Of a stretch of 64,000 bases of DNA, positions 26,502 through 51,304 are shown piece by piece. Numbering within the stretch: the stretch's first letter is position 1; the number at the start of each line of letters is the position of its first letter. Source of the stretch: the human T2T-CHM13v2.0 reference genome, Homo sapiens; the NCBI RefSeq assembly GCF_009914755.1, contig NC_060936.1; one strand, 5' to 3'. The notes under the pieces were generated by a model. The model searched no databases. It worked only from the letters and a program-made list of their open reading frames with translations, and was not told the origin of the DNA. The position numbers and the translations under genes are program-made.

Positions 26502-29500
26502 TAAAGTCTTTGTAGAGATGGGTTCTCACTGTATTGCTCAGGCTGGTCTTGAACTCCTGACCTCAAGTGATCCTCCCACTTCGGACTCCCAAAGTGCCAG
26601 GATTATAGGCATGAGCCACCGCACCTGCAATTCCTTATTTTTTTAGATACATGCTGATATATTTATAGGCAAAATAATATATCAAGGATTTGCTTCAAAA
26701 TAATCAATAAGGGGCCGGGCTTGGTGGTTCCTGCCTGTAATCCCAGCACTTTGAGAGGCCAAGACAGGCGGATTGCTTAAGCTCAGGAGTTCGAGACCAG
26801 CCTGGGCAACATGGTTAAACCCTGTCTCTATTTAAAAACAAAAACAAAACAATAAGGGAGGTACTAGGAATATAGATGAAACAAAATTAATCATGAGCAG
26901 ATAATTGCATATGGACATTCCTTATACCACTCTTGTTGCTTCTGAATACATACGAAATTTTCCATAGTAAAATGTTTCATAAAAGAGCAAATCTCAAAAA
27001 ATATATATATATTTGAAATATGATGATCCATGAGAGTTCCACCCTCATGAGGGGATTAATGCTATTATTGAGGGAGTGGGTTAGTTAACTCAGGAGTGGA
27101 TTACTGATTAAAAGGATGAGTTTGGCTTGAAAAAAAAAAAGATGATTACTGAAATGAATTTTGTATACTAATCTTTAAAGCCTAGTTCAATTTCTACTTC
27201 TTCCACGATGCCTTTCTATATTGACTTCTCTCTTATTTTGTATCTGTTTGTACTCAGCAATTGACTTAATTAAATTATACTGCATATTGTTTCCATCACA
27301 GGATCTAATCCATTATATCCTGCTCATTAATTGTTCATTTTTTATCTCTATAGCTAGCCAGTCAGTAAGGTTCTTTAACACACACAAACCCTAAAATGAT
27401 TATTAAGCCTCCTAATGATCCCAAGTACCTTATCTGACACTCAAGTTGTCTCAAAAAACCTTGGGACCTATGGAAAAATACAATATTCTTCCTTATCACC
27501 CCAATAGCCACTCTGCACTAAAATTAAGTTTTTACTCTAGTAAAACATACAATATTATCTTCTTCAAATTTTACACAGATCACACCAAAACAGTCTCTAG
27601 CCACTTAAGGCAAGCTAATACGCACCAGCTTTCCTTCTCCCAGAGTTCAAATGAGCATATTTATACTCTGTCACAGAAAGAGAATTATATACTACTAGAT
27701 TTAAATAGAAGTTCTGTTAACTAACTGATAAAGTAGAGTGAAGTTATTTAATAAAAACTAGAGCTGAGAGGTGGGGCAAAAAAAAAAAAAGAAAAAGAAA
27801 AAAAAAATTGGCTGCAATACACAGAGAGCCTACCCAAAGGAAAAGTCACAAAACCCAGGAAAAAAAGAAATCACTACCTAATTGAAGACCAATTAAGACC
27901 ACCTGGTCTACTGGAGTACCTACAAGCTTCAGAGATGACATATAGCCCCTTTAACCCTTTTGTAAAAAGTGTTAAGATAATTGGTTTATTCCTCTAATTA
28001 TAAAAATAAATATTCTTTATGAATAGAAATAAGCTAAAGGAAAACAAAAATTTACCCCATAACCCCCTTCATAACTTTTTTGTCTCAGTAAGTTCTTTGA
28101 AGACAGCTCGTTTTTCCAAAGAAAACATGTCCCTCCCTTCTAAAACTGATGTAGGAAGAGCCAGAAGGAAGGAAAGAAAAGAAAAAAAGCACATGGGCTT
28201 AAATCAATGAGAGAATATGTAGATTTGTTTTTCAATTTTCTTTTACATTTACCATCTGTATAAATCTAGGGTCAGAATAACCACACATTCCATTTTTATG
28301 AATTATTTTTGTTGGTTAATAAATGTTTAGCATTTTTTTCTACTGTCCCTAAAATTTCTTGCTATAGTAGCAACAAGATCCTACTTTTCCAAATACCAAA
28401 TCAGGTGGTAAACATATCATATTCACTTTGTATGTGTAATCTTACTCTATTTTAACTTATTTTTCATTTAAATGAATTACTCAACATAACCATTCCTTTT
28501 ATCTGCCATTTCTTGTGTTGAGGCTCTACCAACTATTAATACATCAATAGATCTTCACATTACCAGGGAGGTAGTATAACCTTAAAAAAAAAAAAAAAAA
28601 AAAAAAACTTCACATTTCATGAACAGCTAAACATACATGGAATTACTAAGGTTCTCCTCAAAGTATCCTACATAAACTCTAGTCTGAATTCAATACATGC
28701 AAAACAATTCCAGCATCATAAAATTCTCCCACAAGCACCCAAGTGTAAGGCTCACCTGATCTCAAGCTCAAATGTATTGCCTCATCCATCCAGGTGAAGT
28801 GTTAAGAAGTATATTTATTAAGAAGTATGTTTAGTGGCCAGGCACAATGGTTCACGCCTATAATTCCGACACTTTGAGAGGCTGAGGCAGGAAGATCGCC
28901 TGAGGCCAGGAGTTTGAGACCAGCCTGGGCTACATGGCAAGACCCTGTCTCTGCAGAAAAATTAAAAAATTAGCCAGTCATGGTGTGTGTGCCTGTAGTC
29001 TCAGCTATGTGGGAGGATGAGGCAGAAGGATCGCTTGAGCCACAGAGGTTGAAGCTATGGTGAGCCATGATGGCACCACTGTATTACAGCCTGAGTGACA
29101 GAGCAAGACTCTGTCTCTAAATAAATAAAAAGAAATTCTATTTATAAAGTATAATTTGGAGAGACAGTAGGGAAAAAATAGTGGATTTCAATTCTACAGG
29201 AGAGCTCTACATGGTTCTAATTTGGCCAAGTAACAGAAATAATGGGAAAGCATACAATTCATCTTAATATCTGCAATTTATGTTACCAGGCAGCTCATTT
29301 ATTAAGTAATCTTAGAGCAGTCATCCACATAAAACAAAAGAATATATAAGGCACACAACTAATAAGTTAGTAAGTTAATTAAAATACCAGCTAAAATGTC
29401 TGAAAATGACCAACTTCCCCCATCAAAACAATATTTTATACTTCCTCAATAGCAATAATATGCAGGATTTTTGTTTGTTTTTTTGAGACAGCATCTCACT

Positions 29501-30058
29501 CTGTTGCCCAGGCTAGATGGAGTGCAGTGGTGTGATCTTGGCTGTCTGCAACCTCAGCCTCCTGAGTAGCTGGGATTACAAGTGTCCACCATCACACTCA
29601 GCTAATTTCTGTATTCTCAGTAGAGACCATGTTCACCAGGCTGGTCTCAAACTCCTGACCTCAAGTGATCCACCTGCCTCAGCCTCCTAAAGTGTTGGGA
29701 TTACAGGCATGAGCCATGGCCTAATATGCAGAATTGTAACTATTTCAAAGGAACATGTTACTAACACATCATCACCTTCTGTGCAGCTTATTTATATGTT
29801 TCCACATCAAAGGAATATGCAGATACATTTAATGGGTTTCACCTTCAGTGCAAAATATTTTTGTGGACAAGACTGACATGTCTGGTTTCATGTAGAGTCC
29901 CAGAGCAGTACATTCTCAAGCTGTTGAATAAGAAGTGATTTTGATATACCAGATCCCAATTCCAAGACTAATACTATTTTGGACTTTCTAAAACATGAGA
30001 CCTCATCAAGAACCATAAAACTATGCTCCAACAGAAACATTCAATACATTGAACACCC

Positions 30059-30425
30059 CGATATGGTTAGGCTTTGTATCCCCACCCAAATATCACCCTG
30101 AATTGTAATACCTGGGTGTTGACGGAGAGACCTGGTGGGAGGTGACTGGATCATAGGGGTGGTTTCCCCCATGCTGTTATTGTGATAGTCAGCGAGTTCT
30201 CACAAGAGCTGATGGTTTTGTAAGGGGCTCTTCCCCCTTTGCTTCCTTCACATGCTCTCTCACCTGCTGCCATGTAAGACATGCCTGCTTTTTCTTCCAC
30301 CATAATTTTAAGTTTCCTGAGGCCTACCTGGCCATTCGAAACTGTGAGTCAATTAAACCTCTTTTCTTTATAAATTACCCAGTCTCCAGCATTTCTTTAT
30401 AACAGTGTGAGAACAGACAAATACA
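30059..30425 (+). mobile_element. THE1D/MSTA-type MaLR solo LTR
   Basis: GATATGGTTAGGCTTTGTATCCCCACCCAAAT...GAGTCAATTAAACCTCTTTTCTTTATAAATTACCCAGTCTC...AATACA, with 5-bp TSD CACCC/CATCC. Confidence 0.88.
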
Positions 30426-30460
30426 CATCCTAACTTCATATGAGTTCTAGATTGTATTCA

Positions 30461-33141
<2,681 letters not shown>

Positions 33142-33560
33142 TTATAGGAACCATTCCCCATTCAAGGAATCAGGATTCCTTAAAGAAACAATTGATTCTA
33201 GGTCTGGGGCAAGTAAAATACAAAGTGAGCGCAGAACCCCTTGTTGTGCCAGAGTGTAAGGAAGTGCTCAAAACATGACAGGGATGTCAAAAGGACAAAG
33301 CAGCCAGCTTGAAGGGGCTCCCTCAAGCCCCTTCGAATCAAATTTAAGACAATTTTTATATTTCTAATAATGAATATTATTGGTACTTTTAATACTAACA
33401 GTAATGGATTGTAACTTGTTGAATTTTTTTAAACTATCAAATCTATAGTTATCCTCAAAAACATAAGGGAGGAGAAAAGCTCTTCTCTTTAGAACAATAC
33501 CAGCCGTAAATGCAGAGGGAATGAGAGAATGTGAAAATCAACATATTCAAAGCACCAGTG

Positions 33561-33663
33561 GTGCTCGCTTCCACAGCACATATACTAAAATTGGACTGAT
33601 ACAGAGAAGATTTAGCATGGCCCCTGACCAAGGATAACATGCAAATTAATGAAGCATTCTATT
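33561..33663 (+). pseudogene. Near-full-length U6 snRNA processed pseudogene
   Basis: GTGCTCGCTTCCACAGCACATATACTAAAATTGGACTGATACAGAGAAGATTTAGCATGGCCCCTG..., with A-rich tail and degenerate TSD AAAGCACCAGTG/AAACCACTAGTA. No PSE or TATA is evident upstream. Confidence 0.93.
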
Positions 33664-33890
33664 AAAAAAGGAAAAAAGAAACCACTAGTACAACAGCTTC
33701 AGACAAGGATCATCAATGGATGCTAATGTCACTGGGTAAAAGGTTGTGGAGGAAAAGAGACCCAAAATCTTAAAAGTATCATCCCACAGCTGTTTCTTAA
33801 TTTTTACCAAAGGAAAAGGATCCAACATCACAAGGCCAGGGGTGGAAAAAAAAAAAAAGCAGAAAGATTCCTTTACAATGAAGAAATCTA

Positions 33891-33951
33891 GCAGATATCA
33901 ATTTAACCAAGCAGACTTCAATTTAACCAAGCAGACATCAATTTAACCAAG
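33891..33951 (+). repeat. 20-bp tandem repeat x3
   Basis: GCAGATATCAATTTAACCAA / GCAGACTTCAATTTAACCAA / GCAGACATCAATTTAACCAA. Confidence 0.95.
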
Positions 33952-34868
33952 TGATCAAAGTTAACATTATCAATAATGAGATAAAGTCACATTATGTGCA
34001 CACAACATCACCTGGGTAGTATTCTTGCCAAGTATATTTGACTTGAATCTAATCATGACAAATTCAAATTGTACAACATTCTTCAAAACAATCGGCCTGG
34101 ACACTTCAAAAATATTAATGACATGAAAAACAAAAAAAACAGAAGAGAACTGCTCTAGGTTAAAAGAGACTACAAACATACAACAATTAAATGCAACACA
34201 TGTTCCTTGAAGGAATCCAGGATTGTGGGGGTAAGTTGTAAAGCATGTTGAGATAACTGAAGAAATTTAAATATGGACTGTTTATAATATTATTATATCA
34301 CTGTAAAATATTTTGAATGTGATAGTGAACTTAATAATGGTATTGTGGAAAACACCACTGTTCTCAGGTGATACATGCTTAAGAAATTATGGAGTGAGGT
34401 ATCCTGATGTCTGTAATTTATTTCCTAATACGTGAATAAAAATTCCTAATATACAGTAACACAAAAAACTGTGTGTGTACTATGTATGTAGGGAGGGAGC
34501 AAAGAGAGGAGAGGGAAAAAGTGAGAGGGAGAGAGGAAGAGAAAAAGAGGAAGGGAGAGAACAAACATACAAATGTGGCAAAATATTATCAATTGGTAAA
34601 TACAGGTAAATGTCATACCAGTGTCCACTGTATCATTCCTCTACCTTTCCTATAGGTTTGAAATTCTTCTAAATAAAATGTTGGAGCCAAAAAGAACAAG
34701 AAGCAACATTAACCAAAATACTTGGCTGCCCAATAGAAACTTGCCCTGTCCTAAAAGGCAATTTGAGATGAGGGTTAAAAGCACAGACTTCAGGCCAGGC
34801 ACAATGACTCACACCTGCAATCCTAACACTGGGAGGATGAGAAGGGCTGATTCAGCCCCAGGAGTTCA

Positions 34869-35108
<240 letters not shown>

Positions 35109-35505
35109 TCACACTTGTAATCCCAGCACTTTGGGAGGCCAAGGAGGGCAGGTCATGAGGTCAGGAGATCAAGACCAGCCTGGCCAACATGGTGAAACCC
35201 CATCTCTACTAAAAATACAAATTAGCCAGGCGTGGTGGCGGGCACCTGTAGTCCCAGCTACTCAGGAAGCTGAGGCAGGCTGAGACAAGAGAATTGCTTG
35301 AACCCAGGAGGCGGAGGTTGCAGTGAGCCGAGATCCCACCACTGCACTCCAGCCTGGGCGACAGAATGAGACTCTGTCTCAACAACAACAAAAACAAAAA
35401 AAGCCTAGGTAATCCCAGCACTTTGGGAGGCCAAGGTGGGTGGATCACCTTAGGTCAAGAGTTTGAGACCAGCCTGACCAACATGGTAAATCCCCATCTC
35501 TACTA

Positions 35506-35625
<120 letters not shown>

Positions 35626-36199
35626 CTACGGGGCGAAATTCCATTTCAAAAAAAAAAAAAAAAGAGAGAGACTTCCACATGAAACTGGGTTTATATCCTG
35701 GCCACATGATGATGGTCATATAATCTAACCTAACTTCCCTAAGCCTCACTGTGAAATGGGAATAATACAATACTATTCCATGAGGATTATTATTCTGAGG
35801 ATTAAATGATCTAATATGTATAATTTGTTACTATACTCCCATGACATTATCACATTATTTGTTCTTTTTTTGTATGTCTTGGCAACTTACAGGGCACTGT
35901 CAAAATTTTTGCCAAATATATCCAAAATCAAAGAATTATAATGCATTCCATCCAAGGACCAATAACAGTCCTCCACTGGCACAAGTAAGTGAGAACTAAC
36001 ATTCTCTAAAGAATATAGCACGTGATGGGAAATGTAGCTTACCAGCTTATGTTTGCTCCTTCCTCAAAATATTACTGGGTTATCTGTCAGGAATGGGCAT
36101 AGGCTACCTTGGTCCCAAAAATGTCAATCTTAACATTAAAATCCAATGCTATCAGGCCAGGAGTGTTCCTAAAATTCTGGTATTTCCTGGGGCTCGATG

Positions 36200-40790
<4,591 letters not shown>

Positions 40791-41229
40791 TTAAGGAAAA
40801 GCCAGAAAGGCTGACAGGGGCCAGATCATAAAGAGTTTTTGTAGGCCATAATCTTAATAAGTCCTTCAAGAGATACATATGCCACTAGGTTTAAGAACGA
40901 GAGATAGGGAGAATACAACAGAAACTTTCAGGAAAATGAACATTTAAAGGACAGGGGCCAGGTGCAGTAATTCACATCTACAATCCCAGCACTTTGGGAG
41001 GCCAAGGCAGGACAGGACGACTGCTTGAGCCCAAGCGTTCAAGACCAGCCTGGGCAACACAGGAAGAACTCATCTCTACAAAATTAAAAAATAAAATTAG
41101 CTGGATGTGATGGTGTGTACCTGTAGTCCCAGCTACTTGGGAGCCTTGAGCCCAGGAGGTGGAGACAGCAGTGAGTCATGATCATGCCAGTTTACTCCAG
41201 CCTGGACAACAGAGCAAGACCCTGTGTCA

Positions 41230-41709
<480 letters not shown>

Positions 41710-42024
41710 TTAAATTTTACAAGGTCTCCCATATTCTTCCCATTGATTTTGATGGTTGCTGGGAGCTGTCTCTACCAACAGCATTAGAAACTTTAAGTGG
41801 GCCAGGCGTGGTGCCTCATGCCCAGCACTTTGGGAGGCCGAGGCGGGTGGACTGTCTGAGCCCGGGAGTTTGAGACCACCCTGGCCAACATGGTGAAACC
41901 CCATCTCTACTAAAAATACAAAAATTAGCCAGACGTGGTGGCGGGCACCTGTAATCCCAGCTACTCGGGAGGCTGAGGCGATTGCTTGAACCCAGGAGAC
42001 GGAGGTTGCAGTAAGCCGATATCA

Positions 42025-42432
<408 letters not shown>

Positions 42433-42591
42433 TCATGGGTATACATTCACCTGCTACAGTGCTACAGGCTGGAGTACAGTGGCGTGATCTCAATCACTGC
42501 AACTTCCGCCTTCCAGGTTCAAGCAATTCTCGTGCCTCAGCCTCCCGAGTAGCTGGGATTACAGGCATGTGATACCATAACACCCAGCTAA

Positions 42592-42720
<129 letters not shown>

Positions 42721-43375
42721 TGACCATATATTTCAAATGTACCTACCATTAAATTTGGATTGTCACTGCCTTAATTACTTTCCTCGTAGTCTTCTGTTAT
42801 TAATCCTGTAAGCTTTCACAAGTCTGACCCACCCTTTTCCAAGACACCAAGGATTTCTTGATGCCCATACTGTTCCTCATAAACAAAAACCATAAATTCT
42901 TACAATTGTCATACGCAACAAAGACACAGGCCCAACAAAAATATGAACTGTATTTTTTGAAAACCTAGCCTTTTTGGGGTTTTTAAGAGACAGGCTCTCA
43001 TTCTGTCACCCAGGCCAGAGTATGGTGGCACAATCATAGCTCACTGCAGCTGCAAACTTCTGGGCTCAAGCAATCCTCCCGCCTCAGATTCCCAAAGTGC
43101 TGCACTACAGGTATGAACCACCAAGCCAAGCCTATACAATATTTTTAATAACGGTGCACGTAAAACAAAGTTTTGACTGTAATTTGTCACATGAGCCTGG
43201 GCAACAAAGTGAGACTCCGTCTCAAAAAAATAAATAAATAAAAAGAAATTATTCAGTCAGGTGCGGTGGCTCACGCCTATAATCCCAGCACTTCAGGAGG
43301 CTGAGGTGGGCGGATCACCTGAGCTCGGGAGTTCGAGACCAGCCTGACCAACATGGAGAAACCCTGCCTCTACTA

Positions 43376-43551
<176 letters not shown>

Positions 43552-44214
43552 TTATTCACAAAATGAGAACTACTAATATAATTCTAGAAGATGCAGTTAT
43601 TTCTTTATACTAATAATATCAGAACTATGTCCAGACAAATGCATAGCAGATCCCCAATTCTTGCACCTCCCATTAACTGTTCTCTCCTAGGCCTGGCAGC
43701 TTTCAATGTCCTCGCAAAGGTTTAAGCAAAAGCCTTAGCTTTGCCACTAGCATTCCTACAAAGTGTTAAAAGCACACTTCAGGCCGGGCGTAGCAGCTCA
43801 CAACTGTAATCCCAGCACTTTGGGAGGCCGAGGCAGGCGAATCACCTGAGGTCAGGAGTCCAAGACCAGCCTGGCCAACATGGTGAAACCCTGTCTCTAC
43901 AAAAAAACAAAAATTAGCCGGGCATGATGGCGGGTGGCTATAATCCAGCTAGTTGGGAGGTTGAGGCAGAAGAATCGCTTGAACCTGGGAGGCGGAGGTG
44001 GTAGTGAGCTGAAATCAGGACACTGCACTCCAGCCTGGGAGACACAGCAAGACTCTCTCAAAACGAAAAACGCACACTTCACTCCCTTTGCCTTCCTGAG
44101 CTAAAGAAGAGTAGCCAAACCGCCCCAAAGAGAAATCTCATCCAGGTTACTCTAGCCGGAAGATCAATGGAGGTAACTAATGTACCAACCAAGAAACTAA
44201 GGAAAGATAGGTCA

Positions 44215-44506
<292 letters not shown>

Positions 44507-45444
44507 TTAATTAATTAAGGAAAGATAAAATGAGGGATAACCCACAGAATTTAGGGTGCCTGCTCCTTTTTATCCTCAAACTTAGCATAGATTTAGTTGC
44601 TAAAAATGCCCCCCAAAATCAATCTGTGAAAAAAGGATCAAGTGTTCTCTAGAACTGAACATTCTACCATTGTTAGAGAAACCTATTCTTAAAGTTTTTA
44701 AGCTCAACTGTCTCTACATGAATTGGTGGGGTTGAGGGTAGGAACTAGCCCATAAAGACAGAACTATAAATATTAACATCTTCAGGCTACTGAAAACTCA
44801 AAGTGGAACCAGCCTGCTCAGCTAGGTAGGGTCAGAGAAGTAACGAGTGATATTTGTCTTGGAAGGGACATGAACAAACCTCAAGGGAAGAGCATGAAGT
44901 AGGTAAAAATTCTAGCCACAATAAATCTGAGATAAGACTACCAATACCAAAGACTTCCACACTCCATCCTCTTCTCTGCCCTCAGAGTATTTTCATTCAA
45001 TGGCCCCAAAGCACGAGATGTTTGTCCAAAGAGAAACATCCCCAGAAAAAACATCTCAACATCTCTCAATGAGTACCTTAGAAAACCAGGTTTTCCTAGT
45101 GAAAACCCATCCCACCCTTCCAAGGACAACTAATCACGATGAAAAATTCATGGAAAGAGTTCAAGGAAAAAACTCCTCCTTACCTACTCAGTCAATAAAT
45201 CTGTTGTGCACTTTACTGAACATCAAGTGCTGTGCTAAGTGCTGAGGATACGGAAATTAATAAAACAAAAATGTGGCTGGGCACAGAGGCTCACGCCTAC
45301 AATCCCAGCACTTTGGGAGGCCGAGGCAGGAGGATCACCAGGTCAGGAGTTCAAGACCAGCCTGACCAACACGGTGAAACACCATCTCTACTAAAAATAC
45401 AAAAATTAGTTGGACGTGGTGGCGCGTGCCTGTAATCCTAGCTA

Positions 45445-45914
<470 letters not shown>

Positions 45915-46170
45915 TGAAGCTTTCTACTAGGGGAGATTAAAATATATAATACGTTATAGGTTGATAAGGGTTAAGGCAGAAAATAAAGCAGAAAAGGGGG
46001 ATAGAGAGTTATGTAAATGTGTATGCAGGAGGGGCTTTGCCATCCAGATAGCCAAGGGAATATCAGTGTTAAGAGTGACATTTGGGCCAGGCGCAGTGGC
46101 TCACACCTGTAATCCCTACACTTTGGGATTACACTTTGGGAGGTGGAGGTGGGTGGATCACTTAGGGTCA

Positions 46171-46629
<459 letters not shown>

Positions 46630-46747
46630 TCATGCCTGTAATCCCAGCACTTTGGGAGGCCGAGGTGGGCAGATCACGAGGTCAGGAGATCGAGACCATC
46701 CTGGCTAACACAGTGAAACCCGTCTCTACTAAAAATACAAAACATTA

Positions 46748-46849
<102 letters not shown>

Positions 46850-47616
46850 TTACCCAGGAGACAGAGCTTGCAGTGAGCCGAGATTGCACCACTGCGCTCC
46901 ACCCTGGGTGACATAGCGAGAAAGAACAACAACAACAAAAAGTAACATTGGTTTTTATTTTGAAAGAGAAAGGAAGCCATCTCCTGTCTTAATTTTCCAT
47001 TAAAAAATATTAGGCATGCTATTATTATTTTTTTTTTTTTGAGACAGTCTCTCGCTCTGTTGCCTAGGCTGGAGTACAGTGGCACGATCTTGGCTTACTG
47101 CAAAATCCGCCTCCTGGGTTCAAATGATTCTCCCACCTCAGCCTGCCAAGAAGCTGAGATTACAGGTGCCTGCCACCACGCCTGGCTACTTTTTGTATTT
47201 TTAGTAGAGACGGGGTTCCACCATGTTGGCCAGGCTGGTCTCAAACTCCTGACCTCAGGTGATCCACCTGCCTTCGCCTCCCAAAGTGCTGCGATTACAG
47301 CATGAGCCACCGTGCCCGGCCAGTCAGGCATGCTATTTTTATTTGTCAAATTTTTTTAAAACTTTACATTGTGAAGCTCTGCCAAGAGCAATGGCTCACG
47401 CCTGTAATCCCAGTGCTTTTGGGAGTCTGAGGCCAGAGGATCACTTGAGGCCAGGAGTTCAAAACCAGCCTGGGCAACATAGCAAGATCCCATCCCTACG
47501 AAAAAAAAATTGTGAAGCTCTACTAATCATATAATGGACACAAAGACAAATGGAACTTCAACTCTGAAATTTAACTTGTTAGGAGTTCATCAGGCCTTCA
47601 AGAAAAAAGTTATCTT

Positions 47617-47804
47617 TTCTCTCAACTCTCTGGAGAACAGCAACAGGGTAAGAAAAATACAACTAAAAACTGAACTGAATTAATCTAACCGGCCACTTTT
47701 CACCACTATTTAAACTTTTTGTCTTTCCCGGCGCGGTGGCTCAAGCCTACCACTTTGGGAGGCCAAGGCAGGTGGATCACTTGAGCCCAGGAGTTCCAGA
47801 CCAG
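47617..47804 (+). repeat. Source copy of a local ~185-bp duplication (unique flank plus Alu 5' part)
   Basis: About 90% identical by eye to 50611-50792. This copy continues into a complete Alu with a TSD. Confidence 0.9.
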
Positions 47805-48639
47805 CCTGGGCAGCAAGGTGAAACCCGTCTCTACAAAAATCAGCCAGGAGTGGTGGCTCATGCCTGTACTCCCAGCTACTTGGGGGACTGAGGTAGGAGG
47901 ACGGCTTGAGGCCAGGAGGCAGAGGTTGCATTGAGCCGAAAAGGAACCACTACACTCCATTCTGGGTGACAGACTGAGACCCTGTCTCAAAAAACAAAAT
48001 ACAACCTTTTGTCTTGATACCCCAGCAACAAAAAGGGGGGCGGGGGTGGGGGGGGAATATTGGTGGAACAACAACAAAAAAAAGCATTAGGAAGAAGAGC
48101 CACAAATAATTCAACTGCAAATCTATCTAAAAATACAAGAAAATGCTAGGAATTTGTGATATTCCTGAAGTGAAACCTGTCACTTTCCTCCTTCCTTGAG
48201 TCTCCACGTGGCTTACGCATATCAGACAGGACTCAGGCTTCTCAATCTTAGTTATCTATTTGAACAACATTATGTACAAGGATATTCATCCAACTGGGAT
48301 CTGAATTCAAACTTTTCCACTTTTCTTTCTTCCGTTTTAACGCAGTTCTGGGATTGTTATTCGGTCATTTCTCATCATTATCCAATGACAATTCACTCTA
48401 AGTCAGTATTCCTGGTAGTTCCGAGACTTAATGGCCACAAATGTTGAAAAATGTTAGCTCTACGGGAAAACGAATCGAAGCGTTTTCAGGGGCTCGAGTA
48501 GTTATGAGCTTAGTGTAGGCCCAAGTTTTAAGCTATAGAAACATCTCCCTGTATGTGCCAACTCAAATCCCCGTCCCTGTAAGAAACCTGGACACCAGCA
48601 TGATTTTAAACACTTCTACACCTCTCCGTCCTATTTTTC

Positions 48640-49520
48640 CATGCTCCACGCTCGAAGGAAAACCGCCACCCAAGAAACACACGGAGCTAGCCACCCCGAA
48701 GCACTGGAAGGGCGCAATAGTTTTTAGGTCACCCCGCAAAGGCCACAGGTGGCGCCACCCCCCTGCCCCCGCACCGCCGCCCTCCGCCCCGCGCCCCCAG
48801 CTTCTCTCCAGCAGCGCACACTTGGAGCAGTCCTTCCCGCGGCCATCCGACCCTGACCCATCGTCCCCGGGACCGGCTGCCGGGCGCGAGGAACCCAGGC
48901 CGCGGGGCCTCCTCGCGCCCGCCCGTGCGGCCGCCACGCCCCCTCCCCACAGGCCGTCCGGGCCGCCCGCCCCCTCGGCCGGGAGGTGGCCTCACCTCGC
49001 ACGGGCCTTGGCGGGGAGGGCGCCCACGTCTCCGCCCGCCGCCCGGGCCCACGGCCGCTCGGCTGCGGCTCGGCCCCGACGGCCGGCGGCGGCGCGCTTC
49101 TGGGGGCGGGCTTTTCTCGGCCGGGGCTTCCCCGGGGCCGAGGGCTGGGAAGCAGGGGGGACTGGGACGGGGGAGGGGAAAGGGGCTTGGGAAGGAGGGG
49201 GGAGAGGGGAAGAAAAGGGGGGAACCAAACCCGGAAAGGGAGAAAAGGGGGGAGGGGAAAATCAGAAGGGGAAGAAAAGCCCAGAGTCCGCCCCCCGCTG
49301 CGGCTGCGCGCTACGTCACTACGTCCGGCGTTGTCGTCACCTCGTCCTGCGTTCCGGCCGTCCCTGCTTCCTGGCTTCCCGCGTGCCCCTCAGCAGCCCT
49401 GCGGGGCCTACCGCCTGCCGCACGCACTCCCGCCGGCGCGCGCGCACTCGCACTCGCTCGCTCGCCCTCTCCTCCTTCCGCGTTACCTGTGTCAGGACAC
49501 CAATCCGGAGTCACTGGGAG
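48640..49520. promoter_or_regulatory. CpG island promoter of R3HDM2
   Basis: Very high GC and CpG density, GC boxes (GGGGCGGG, CCGCCC), CRE-like ACGTCA/CGTCA near 49313-49340, and NRF1-like GCGCGCGCA near 49438. Confidence 0.9.
48996..49420 (-). other. R3HDM2: R3HDM2 non-coding exon 1 (5' end approximate)
   Basis: Minus-strand donor GAG|GTGAGG (plus strand cctcacctc, 48990-48998) inside the CpG island. No ATG on the minus strand in this interval. Gene identity comes from the known divergent arrangement with INHBC. Confidence 0.7.
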
Positions 49521-50174
49521 CCTCGGTCCTCCTTAAACCCTTCAAGTCTGTCAGATAGAATACCCTGGATTTCAATATAATACTAATAGTGATCATTCTA
49601 AAGTAATTTCCATTTACAGAGCACTTTCACTTAGGGCAGTAACTCCTGTACCAAAAGAACGTACACTCGGTATTTGTTGCATACGTGGATAACTATAGTT
49701 GAGCAGGTAAATGTCCATTTTACGTAAAGATGAAAAAAACCGACCTAGGAGGAACTCAGTCTGTCCTATTAAGATCACATTCTTACCATCATCCCCTCTC
49801 TAAGATACAGTTCTCAAAAATCGTCTTAAATGTCCAGCCTCCCCCGTTTTGTCCATTCTAGGCAGAATCAATTTAGTTATTGATTATGTGTGTGTGGATA
49901 ATTTACTGACCAAACTCCCTCAAAGAAGCAATGTAGTCTTTTGTAGAATTCGACCATTAAATATTTACCTTGTGACAGAAACTGCGGTAGGCAAAAAAAG
50001 TCAAATAATTATAGTACAATTTAAGTGCTATAATAGAAAGGTTTAAATGTGCTATGGAAACACAAGGAACAGCAATTCGTTCTTAGCGGTAAAAGAGATT
50101 GAGTAAGTTACAGAGAAACTACAGGTGAAACTCCAGCTAATCTTGAGACTATAAATAGTTCACTAGAGAGGTAA

Positions 50175-50792
<618 letters not shown>

Positions 50793-50937
50793 GCAGTGAT
50801 GACCAGTAGGAAATAATAGCTAATATTTGTATTATGTGTATGTAAGTACAATATAAAATGTGTAGCATTCTACATCTATTGTTAGTATCAAATCCTCAAT
50901 ACAATAGGTACTATTATTATACCTGTTTTATAGATGA

Positions 50938-51240
<303 letters not shown>

Positions 51241-51304
51241 TGAACTGCCCACTTCAGCCTCCCAAAGTGCTGGAATTACAGACGTGAGCCATCACGCCCA
51301 GCCT

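Noticed and set aside
33561-33663. Functional U6 gene
   Set aside because: It has multiple substitutions, an A-rich tail, a TSD remnant and no evident external Pol III promoter.
48555-49580. 341-aa ORF and overlapping 100-200-aa ORFs on both strands
   Set aside because: Low-complexity Pro/Arg/Gly/Ala translations from stop-poor CpG-island sequence. Several have non-ATG starts and none shows a recognisable domain.
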